Assembly: GCF_000195955.2 (NCBI RefSeq) | Contig: NC_000962.3 | Coordinates: 2,970,001 to 3,002,000, forward strand | Source of the DNA: Mycobacterium tuberculosis H37Rv | GTDB lineage: Bacteria; Actinomycetota; Actinomycetes; Mycobacteriales; Mycobacteriaceae | Direction: 5' to 3' | DNA length: 32,000 nucleotides | Part shown: positions 25,115 to 32,000 of the stretch, piece after piece | Position numbering within the stretch: position 1 is the stretch's first letter | How the letters are laid out: every line of letters starts with the position of its first letter | Position numbers and translations under genes: made by a program | Notes under the pieces: model-generated | The model's database searches: none | The model's input: the letters and a program-made list of their open reading frames with translations, nothing else | What the model was told of the DNA's origin: nothing

Positions 25115-25945
25115 ATGCCAGTTACCTACGACGACTTCCCCAGCCTGCGCTGCGAAATCCACGACCAACCTGGTCACGAAGGCGTGCTGGAGCTGGTGCT
25201 GGACTCCCCCGGGCTGAACTCGGTCGGGCCGCACATGCACCGCGACCTTGCCGACATCTGGCCGGTGATCGATCGCGACCCGGCCGTGCGCGTGGTCTTG
25301 GTCCGCGGTGAAGGCAAGGCCTTTTCCTCCGGCGGCAGTTTCGACCTGATCGCCGAAACCATCGGCGACTACCAGGGCCGGCTGCGCATCATGCGCGAGG
25401 CCCGCGACCTGGTGCTCAACCTGGTCAACTTCGACAAGCCGGTGGTGTCGGCGATTCGGGGCCCGGCCGTCGGTGCGGGTCTGGTTGTCGCGCTGCTCGC
25501 CGACATTTCGGTGGCGGGCCGCGCCGCGAAGATCATCGATGGGCACACCAAACTCGGGGTCGCCGCGGGGGATCACGCGGCGATCTGCTGGCCCCTGCTG
25601 GTCGGCATGGCCAAGGCCAAGTACTACCTGCTGACCTGCGAGCCGCTGTCCGGGGAGGAGGCCGAACGCATCGGTCTGGTCTCCATCTGCGTCGACGACG
25701 ACGATGTGCTCCCCACCGCAACACGCCTGGCGGAGCGGCTCGCCGCTGGCGCGCAAAACGCCATCCGCTGGACCAAACGCAGCCTCAATCACTGGTATCG
25801 CATGTTCGGTCCCGCCTTCGAAACGTCGCTCGGGCTGGAGTTCATCGGGTTCGGTGGTCCCGACGTCCGGGAAGGCCTGGCCGCGCACCGCGAAAAGCGC
25901 CCCGCGCGGTTCGGCGCCGACCCCGATCCCGGCGCCGGCAGCTGA
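25115..25945 (+). CDS. echA15: Enoyl-CoA hydratase/isomerase family protein (276 aa), probably leaderless
   Basis: Crotonase fold: [37 protein letters not shown] (25102-07) ends 7 nt before the ATG. Confidence 0.9.
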   Translation: MPVTYDDFPSLRCEIHDQPGHEGVLELVLDSPGLNSVGPHMHRDLADIWPVIDRDPAVRVVLVRGEGKAFSSGGSFDLIAETIGDYQGRLRIMREARDLVLNLVNFDKPVVSAIRGPAVGAGLVVALLADISVAGRAAKIIDGHTKLGVAAGDHAAICWPLLVGMAKAKYYLLTCEPLSGEEAERIGLVSICVDDDDVLPTATRLAERLAAGAQNAIRWTKRSLNHWYRMFGPAFETSLGLEFIGFGGPDVREGLAAHREKRPARFGADPDPGAGS

Positions 25946-26003
25946 GCACAGTTCGGCGCGCCTGTGCACACGTGTCGGCGGATAGGTCTACCGTCGAAAT
26001 CTG

Positions 26004-26168
26004 TGACCTCCGCCGGCGACGATGCAGAGCGCAGCGATGAGGAGGAGCGGCGCTTGACCTCCGCCGGCGACGATGCAGAGCGCAGCGATGAGGAGGAGCG
26101 GCGCTTGACCTCCGCCGGCGACGATGCAGAGCGCAGCGATGAGGAGGAGCGGCGCTTGACCTCCGCCG
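26004..26168 (+). repeat. MIRU-type 51-bp tandem repeat, three exact copies plus a 12-bp partial (the MIRU26/VNTR2996 locus, from memory)
   Basis: 26004-54, 26055-105 and 26106-56 are identical. Each unit translates in-frame as SAGDDAERSDEEERRLT. Confidence 0.95.
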
Positions 26169-26737
26169 AGCCGGCCCTATTCCGCGAGGCAGTAGCGGCG
26201 ATGAACGCTGTCACCGTGCGGCCGGAAATCGAACTCGGCCCTATCCGACCGCCGCAGCGGCTAGCTCCGTACAGCTATGCGCTGGGAGCCGAGATCAAGC
26301 ATCCCGAACTCGACGTCATTCCGGAGCGTTCCGAGGGCGACGCCTTCGGCCGGCTGATCATGCTGTATGACCCGGACGGCTCCGATGCATGGGACGGCAC
26401 TATTCGCCTGGTCGCCTATGTCCAGGCCGACCTGGACTCGAGTGAAGCCGTCGACCCCCTGCTGCCCGAGGTGGCATGGAGTTGGCTGGTGGACGCGCTG
26501 ACAGCGCGCACCGACCAGGTGAGGGCCCTGGGCGGCACTGTCACCGCCACCACATCGGTGCGATACGGCGACATCTCCGGGCCGCCGCGCGCTCACCAGC
26601 TGGAGCTACGGGCGTCATGGACGGCGACCACCCCCGATCTGGGCGCCCATGTCCAGGCGTTCTGCGACGTCCTGGAGCACGCGGCCGGCCTGCCGCCAGC
26701 CGGGGTCACCGACCTGGGCTCGCGGTCACGCGCCTGA
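26105..26737 (+). CDS. Rv2680: Conserved hypothetical protein (DUF3000-like, about 210 aa), with start codon and N-terminus supplied by the MIRU array
   Basis: The frame is open from the GTG at 25964 through all repeats. The TTG at 26105 sits at a repeat junction. The conserved part seems to begin around PALFREAVAAM. Confidence 0.7.
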   Translation: MTSAGDDAERSDEEERRLTSAEPALFREAVAAMNAVTVRPEIELGPIRPPQRLAPYSYALGAEIKHPELDVIPERSEGDAFGRLIMLYDPDGSDAWDGTIRLVAYVQADLDSSEAVDPLLPEVAWSWLVDALTARTDQVRALGGTVTATTSVRYGDISGPPRAHQLELRASWTATTPDLGAHVQAFCDVLEHAAGLPPAGVTDLGSRSRA

Positions 26738-26738
26738 C

Positions 26739-28055
26739 ATGTGCCCCGAGCCGTCTCACGCGGGAGCTGCTGAGTCCGAAGGCACGGAATCGGAACCCAC
26801 CCCCTTGCTCCGGCCCGCCGGTGGGATACCGGATCTGTGTGTGACCGTCGGTGAAATCGCCGCTGCCGCAGAACTACTGGACCGCGGGCGCGGACCGTTC
26901 GCGGTAGACGCCGAGCGGGCGTCGGGTTTCCGCTACTCCGGCCGCGCCTACCTGATTCAGATCCGGCGGGCCGAGGCCGGCACCGTACTGATCGACCCGG
27001 TCAGCCACGGCGGTGACCCGTTGACCGTGCTGGCGCCGGTCGCCGAGGTGCTCAGCACCAACGAGTGGATCCTGCACTCCGCCGATCAGGATCTGCCCTG
27101 TCTCGCCGAGGTCGGTATGCGACCGCCAGCGCTATACGACACCGAGCTTGCCGGGCGCCTGGCCGGGTTCGATCGAGTGAACCTGGCGGCCATGGTCGAG
27201 CGGTTACTTGGACTGGGATTGACCAAGGGCCACGGCGCGGCCGACTGGTCCAAGCGCCCGCTACCCTCGGCCTGGCTGAACTACGCGGCGTTGGACGTGG
27301 AACTGCTCATCGAACTACGCGCGGCGATCTCGCGGGTGCTGGCCGAGCAAGGCAAAACCGATTGGGCTGCGCAGGAATTCGAGCACCTGCGGTCGTTCGA
27401 ATCAAGGCCACCCCCAGCGGCCGCCCGGCAGGACCGCTGGCGACGAACCTCGGGTATCCACAAAGTGCATGACCGGCGGGGGCTGGCCGCGGTCCGCGAA
27501 TTGTGGACAGCGCGTGACCGAATCGCCCAGCGCCGCGACATCGCGCCCCGCCGGATCTTGCCGGACTCGGCCATTATCGATGCCGCCATCGCCGACCCAA
27601 AGTCAGTCGACGACCTTGTCGCGTTACCGGTGTTCGGCGGACGCAACCAACGTCGCAGCGCGGCTGTGTGGTGGGCGGCACTGGCAGCCGCACGCGAAAG
27701 CCCAGATCCGCCGGAGATCGCCGAACCGGCAAACGGGCCGCCGCCGCCGGGGCGGTGGGTCAGACGGAAACCGGCAGCCGCCGCACGGCTGGATGCGGCG
27801 CGCGCGGCGCTGACGGAGGTGTCGCAACGGGTGCGGGTACCGACCGAGAACCTGGTCTCACCTGATCTGGTGCGACGGCTGTGTTGGGAATGGGAGGACA
27901 TCTCGCAGAGTTCTCCAGACCCGATTGCCGCTGTCGAGGCGTACCTGCGCACCGGCCAGGCACGGGCCTGGCAGCTCGAACTAGTGGTCCCCATCCTGAC
28001 CGCGGCGTTGACAGGGGCTCCGGACGCCGGCGCCCAGGGCGATGATGGCTCTTAG
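26739..28055 (+). CDS. rnd: Ribonuclease D (DEDD 3'-5' exonuclease plus HRDC domains, 438 aa)
   Basis: [13 protein letters not shown]...[13 protein letters not shown] and YAALDVELL are DEDDy motifs. HRDC-like region: [25 protein letters not shown]. Confidence 0.9.
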   Translation: MCPEPSHAGAAESEGTESEPTPLLRPAGGIPDLCVTVGEIAAAAELLDRGRGPFAVDAERASGFRYSGRAYLIQIRRAEAGTVLIDPVSHGGDPLTVLAPVAEVLSTNEWILHSADQDLPCLAEVGMRPPALYDTELAGRLAGFDRVNLAAMVERLLGLGLTKGHGAADWSKRPLPSAWLNYAALDVELLIELRAAISRVLAEQGKTDWAAQEFEHLRSFESRPPPAAARQDRWRRTSGIHKVHDRRGLAAVRELWTARDRIAQRRDIAPRRILPDSAIIDAAIADPKSVDDLVALPVFGGRNQRRSAAVWWAALAAARESPDPPEIAEPANGPPPPGRWVRRKPAAAARLDAARAALTEVSQRVRVPTENLVSPDLVRRLCWEWEDISQSSPDPIAAVEAYLRTGQARAWQLELVVPILTAALTGAPDAGAQGDDGS

Positions 28056-29968
28056 TCGAGATGTTCTGGAATCGCGTCGGACGCACACACCCCGGTACCC
28101 AGCGCGGCGACCCAGCCGGTGATCCGCCGGGCCACGTCCTGGTCGGTAAGCCCCAGATCGGCCAGCACCTCGCTTCGAGACGCGTGCTCGTAGAACTCCT
28201 GCGGCAACCCGACATCGCGGCAGGGCACGTCGATCTCCGCGCGCCGCAGCGCGGCCGACACCGCTGACCCCGCCCCACCGTTGACCCCGTTGTCCTCTAG
28301 CGTGACGAGCAGCTTGTGCTGCACCGCCAGTTCGCGCACACCGTCAGACACCGGCAACACCCAGCGCGGGTCGATCACCGTCACACCGATCCCCTGGTTG
28401 TGCAGCCGCTTGGCCACCGCCAACGCCATCGGTGCGAACGCGCCGATGGCCACCAACAGGACGTCGTGGTTCAAACCATCGGCGGGCGCCGCCAGCACAT
28501 CCACGCCTCCACGCCGCTCCAAAGCCGAAATATCTTCTCCCACATCACCTTTGGGGAACCGTAACGCCGTCGGGCCGTCGTCGACGTCGAGCGCCTCGCC
28601 GAGTTCTTCACGCAACCGGGTGGCGTCTCTGGGCGCTGCCACCCGGATGCCGGGCACGATACCCAGCATCGACAAGTCCCACATTCCGTTGTGGCTGGCG
28701 CCGTCGCTACCGGTGATCCCGGCACGGTCCAGCACCATGGTGACCGGCAGCTTGTGCAGCGCCACATCCATCATGATCTGGTCGAACGCCCGGTTCAGGA
28801 ACGTCGAGTAGATCGCCACCACGGGGTGCAGCCCACCCATCGCCAACCCGGCCGCCGACGTCATCGCGTGTTGCTCGGCGATCCCGACGTCGAACAATCG
28901 ATCCGGGAAGCGCTGCCCGAACGCGGTCAGCCCGGTGGGGCCCGGCATGGCCGCGGTAATGGCCACGATGTCACGGCGTTTCTGGGCGTAGCCGATAAGT
29001 GCATCAGAGAAGGTCGCCGTCCAGCCTGGGCCGGCCACCTTGGTGGCTTGTCCGGTGGCCGGATCGATCGGGACCGTGGAATGCATCTGCTCGGCCTGGT
29101 CGGCCTCGGCCGGCGGGTAGCCCATGCCCTTGCGGGTGACGACGTGCACGATCACCGGTGCACCGAAGCGCCGCGCGCTGCGCAGCGCGACCTCCACCGC
29201 CCGCTCGTCATGGCCGTCGACCGGGCCGACGTACTTCAACCCGAGGTCGGTGAACAGCAACTGCGGCGACAGCGAGTCCTTGATGCCGGCCTTGACGCTG
29301 TGCAGGAATCGAAACCACAGACCGCCGACAAGCGGCACCGCGCGCACCAGGTCGCGGCCCGTCTCCAGCGCCTGCTCGTAGGCCGGCTGCAGCCGCAGCG
29401 TGGCCAGATGGTCGGCGACGCCCCCGATTGTGGGCGCGTAGCTGCGCCCATTGTCGTTGACCACGATAATCACCGGCCGGCGGGATGCGGCGATATTGTT
29501 CAGCGCCTCCCAGCACATACCGCCGGTGAGCGCACCGTCACCGACCACCGCGACCACATGCCGGTTGCGGTGTCCGGTCAACTCGAACGCCTTGGCCAAC
29601 CCGTCCGCGTACGACAGCGCCGCGCTGGCGTGGCTCGACTCCACCCAGTCGTGCTCGCTCTCGGCACGAGACGGATACCCCGACAACCCGCCCTTCTTAC
29701 GCAGGGTTGCGAAGTCCTGGCTGCGTCCGGTCAACATCTTGTGGACGTAGGCCTGGTGACCGGTGTCGAAGATGATCGGATCGTGCGGCGAGTCGAATAC
29801 CCGGTGCAGCGCCAAGGTGAGTTCCACCACTCCCAGGTTCGGCCCCAGATGCCCCCCCGTGGCGGCAACCTTGTGGATCAGGAACTCACGGATCTCGGCG
29901 GCCAGCTCCCGAAGCTGCGCCTGGGAAAGGTGCTGCAGATCAGCGGGCCCGCGGATCTGTTGCAGCAT
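28052..29968 (-). CDS. dxs1: 1-deoxy-D-xylulose-5-phosphate synthase (638 aa)
   Basis: TPP motif [32 protein letters not shown] and DVGIAEQHA are also present. Confidence 0.97.
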   Translation of the reverse strand: MLQQIRGPADLQHLSQAQLRELAAEIREFLIHKVAATGGHLGPNLGVVELTLALHRVFDSPHDPIIFDTGHQAYVHKMLTGRSQDFATLRKKGGLSGYPSRAESEHDWVESSHASAALSYADGLAKAFELTGHRNRHVVAVVGDGALTGGMCWEALNNIAASRRPVIIVVNDNGRSYAPTIGGVADHLATLRLQPAYEQALETGRDLVRAVPLVGGLWFRFLHSVKAGIKDSLSPQLLFTDLGLKYVGPVDGHDERAVEVALRSARRFGAPVIVHVVTRKGMGYPPAEADQAEQMHSTVPIDPATGQATKVAGPGWTATFSDALIGYAQKRRDIVAITAAMPGPTGLTAFGQRFPDRLFDVGIAEQHAMTSAAGLAMGGLHPVVAIYSTFLNRAFDQIMMDVALHKLPVTMVLDRAGITGSDGASHNGMWDLSMLGIVPGIRVAAPRDATRLREELGEALDVDDGPTALRFPKGDVGEDISALERRGGVDVLAAPADGLNHDVLLVAIGAFAPMALAVAKRLHNQGIGVTVIDPRWVLPVSDGVRELAVQHKLLVTLEDNGVNGGAGSAVSAALRRAEIDVPCRDVGLPQEFYEHASRSEVLADLGLTDQDVARRITGWVAALGTGVCASDAIPEHLD

Positions 29969-30111
29969 TTCGCTAGTGTACGCAGCAACCCCCCCATTGG
30001 CCCAGCATGCGGCCGCCGATCAAAAGGGCCGAACCACTTTGATAGCGTCGGTGGCCGGCGCGCCGGGAAGCCTGGTCGGCGACTCATTGTCATCCAACTC
30101 CGGAGTTCGAT

Positions 30112-30609
30112 ATGAAGGTAAACATCGACCCAACCGCGCCCACCTTTGCGACGTATCGTCGGGATATGCGTGCCGAGCAAATGGCGGAGGACTATCCCGT
30201 CGTAAGCATCGATTCCGACGCGCTGGATGCTGCCCGCATGCTCGCAGAGCATCGTCTGCCTGGACTATTGGTCACCGCCGGAGCGGGCAAACAGTATGCG
30301 GTACTCCCTGCCTCACAGGTCGTGCGCTTCATCGTGCCCCGCTATGTGCAAGACGATCCCTTACTGGCCGGTGTGCTCAACGAATCGACGGCCGACCGGT
30401 GCGCCGAGAGATTGAGCGGCAAAAAGGTCCGCGACGTGTTGCCTGACCACCTGGTCGAGGTTCCCCCGGCTAACGCCGACGACACCATCATCGAGGTGGC
30501 CGCGGTGATGGCACGGCTGCGCAGCCCATTGCTCGCGGTGGTCAAAGACGGCTCGCTGCTCGGGGTGGTCACCGCATCGCGCCTGCTTGCTGCGGCACTG
30601 AAGACTTGA
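30112..30609 (+). CDS. Rv2683: CBS-domain pair protein (165 aa)
   Basis: GGAG upstream of the ATG. Two CBS-like repeats ([15 protein letters not shown]; [16 protein letters not shown]). Confidence 0.8.
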   Translation: MKVNIDPTAPTFATYRRDMRAEQMAEDYPVVSIDSDALDAARMLAEHRLPGLLVTAGAGKQYAVLPASQVVRFIVPRYVQDDPLLAGVLNESTADRCAERLSGKKVRDVLPDHLVEVPPANADDTIIEVAAVMARLRSPLLAVVKDGSLLGVVTASRLLAAALKT

Positions 30610-30613
30610 CCTC

Positions 30614-31903
30614 GTGAGCGTCGTCGCGGTCACCATCTTCGTGGCGGCCTACGTTCTGATTGCCAGCGATCGCGTCAACAAGACGATGGTGGCGCTGACC
30701 GGCGCGGCGGCCGTGGTCGTCCTACCAGTGATCACATCCCACGACATCTTCTATTCCCACGACACCGGAATCGACTGGGACGTCATTTTCTTGTTGGTGG
30801 GCATGATGATCATCGTCGGAGTGCTGCGGCAGACGGGGGTGTTCGAATACACCGCGATCTGGGCCGCCAAGCGCGCCCGCGGCTCGCCGCTACGCATCAT
30901 GATCCTGCTGGTATTGGTGAGCGCGTTGGCGTCAGCCTTGCTGGATAACGTCACCACGGTGTTGTTGATCGCGCCGGTCACGCTATTGGTGTGCGACCGG
31001 TTAAACATCAACACGACGTCGTTCCTGATGGCCGAAGTCTTCGCCTCCAACATTGGTGGCGCCGCGACGTTGGTGGGTGACCCGCCGAACATCATCGTGG
31101 CCAGCCGGGCGGGATTGACGTTCAACGACTTCATGCTGCACTTGACACCGCTGGTAGTCATTGTGCTGATCGCCCTCATCGCTGTGCTGCCCCGCCTGTT
31201 CGGCTCGATCACGGTCGAAGCCGATCGAATTGCCGATGTCATGGCGCTCGACGAGGGTGAAGCCATCCGCGACCGCGGACTGCTGGTCAAATGTGGCGCC
31301 GTGCTGGTGCTGGTGTTCGCGGCCTTCGTCGCCCATCCGGTGCTGCACATCCAGCCTTCTCTAGTGGCGCTGCTGGGCGCTGGGATGCTGATCGTGGTCT
31401 CGGGTCTGACGCGATCCGAGTATCTATCCAGCGTCGAGTGGGACACGCTGCTGTTTTTCGCCGGGCTGTTCATTATGGTCGGAGCGCTGGTCAAGACCGG
31501 TGTCGTCAACGATCTCGCGCGGGCAGCGACCCAGCTGACCGGCGGCAATATTGTGGCCACCGCGTTCCTAATCCTCGGCGTCTCCGCCCCGATCTCGGGA
31601 ATTATCGACAACATTCCCTACGTCGCCACGATGACGCCCCTCGTCGCGGAGCTGGTCGCGGTCATGGGGGGTCAACCCAGCACCGACACCCCCTGGTGGG
31701 CGCTGGCCCTGGGTGCCGACTTCGGCGGCAACCTGACCGCAATCGGCGCCAGCGCGAACGTCGTCATGCTCGGAATCGCCCGGCGCGCAGGAGCTCCCAT
31801 CTCGTTCTGGGAGTTCACCCGCAAAGGGGCGGTGGTCACGGCCGTCTCGATCGCGCTCGCGGCGATCTACCTGTGGTTGCGGTACTTCGTGTTGTTGCAC
31901 TGA
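30614..31903 (+). CDS. arsA: ArsB/NhaD-superfamily (CitMHS-like) integral membrane permease (429 aa)
   Basis: About 10-12 hydrophobic helices. The GTG lies 4 nt after the CBS gene stop. In M. tuberculosis it is named arsA although it is a permease, not the ATPase. Confidence 0.85.
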   Translation: MSVVAVTIFVAAYVLIASDRVNKTMVALTGAAAVVVLPVITSHDIFYSHDTGIDWDVIFLLVGMMIIVGVLRQTGVFEYTAIWAAKRARGSPLRIMILLVLVSALASALLDNVTTVLLIAPVTLLVCDRLNINTTSFLMAEVFASNIGGAATLVGDPPNIIVASRAGLTFNDFMLHLTPLVVIVLIALIAVLPRLFGSITVEADRIADVMALDEGEAIRDRGLLVKCGAVLVLVFAAFVAHPVLHIQPSLVALLGAGMLIVVSGLTRSEYLSSVEWDTLLFFAGLFIMVGALVKTGVVNDLARAATQLTGGNIVATAFLILGVSAPISGIIDNIPYVATMTPLVAELVAVMGGQPSTDTPWWALALGADFGGNLTAIGASANVVMLGIARRAGAPISFWEFTRKGAVVTAVSIALAAIYLWLRYFVLLH

Positions 31904-31982
31904 CCATCTGTATTGCCGACAGACCTGTAGCACCAGACGACGCCGCGATGAGCGGCCTACGAGAAGATTCGGAGGATGGCCG

Positions 31983-32000
31983 ATGAGCATCATCGCCATC
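31983..32000 (+). CDS. arsB1: Start of a second, paralogous permease gene (partial, runs off the window)
   Basis: ATG AGC ATC ATC GCC ATC (MSIIAI) parallels the VSVVAV start of the preceding permease. The identity is from remembered synteny. Confidence 0.4.

Noticed and set aside
24884-25969. 361-aa minus-strand ORF
   Set aside because: Antisense to echA15 (clear crotonase fold). It is a shadow ORF.
26004-26168. Possible CRISPR array
   Set aside because: The 51-bp units are directly adjacent with no spacers, and no cas genes are present. This is a MIRU-type tandem repeat.
28691-30115. 474-aa plus-strand ORF
   Set aside because: Antisense to dxs1, which carries unambiguous TPP-enzyme motifs. 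The product is Arg/Gly/His-rich with no motifs.

Overview
High-GC (about 65%) actinobacterial DNA. I recognise it as the Mycobacterium tuberculosis complex chromosome, H37Rv-like, covering Rv2645 to the start of Rv2685. The identification rests on a complete IS6110, a truncated IS1081, MIRU-type tandem repeats, and protein sequences I know (TB7.7/Rv2654c, Rv2660c, ClpC2, AftC, Dxs1). Locus tags and published context are from memory; no search was possible.

Layout:
- 1-10998: a prophage-like integrated element (phiRv2/RD11 region). It is bounded by a 16-bp tRNA-derived direct repeat and carries an identical 21-bp arm-type repeat near each end. It encodes two tyrosine recombinases, a 5'-truncated ParB-like gene, and a co-directional minus-strand operon: integrase, Xis-like HTH, DUF3631 replication ATPase, P27-type small terminase, prohead protease, HK97-like capsid. 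One IS6110 lies inside it.
- 10999-13900: decayed accessory DNA. It holds a frameshifted Rv2645 paralog, translationally coupled plus-strand small ORFs that conflict with the annotated Rv2660c/Rv2661c, a BrnT-like/HTH pair, an AT-richer repeat cluster, a zinc-ribbon fragment and an IS1081 fragment.
- 13896-32000: core genes. These are clpC2, an exported protein, a GNAT, an AFG1-like ATPase, ribD, a secreted hydrolase, aftC, msrB, a methyltransferase plus the chdC-hemY-hemE heme cluster, echA15, Rv2680, RNase D, dxs1, and a CBS protein with ArsB/NhaD-type permeases. Two VNTR loci fall here.

No single dramatic new system is provable from sequence alone. The best leads are:
- the full att/arm-site architecture, with two recombinases flanking the reconstructed attP;
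- the tail-less, portal-less, terL-less satellite-like gene set;
- evidence for stacked integrations, with plus-strand coding opposite Rv2660c/61c;
- a candidate leaderless BrnT-like toxin-antitoxin operon with operator repeats;
- a palindromic operator over a leaderless clpC2 promoter;
- a 36-bp perfect palindrome in the ParB-like gene;
- an over-represented, strand-biased GTTTGCT motif.
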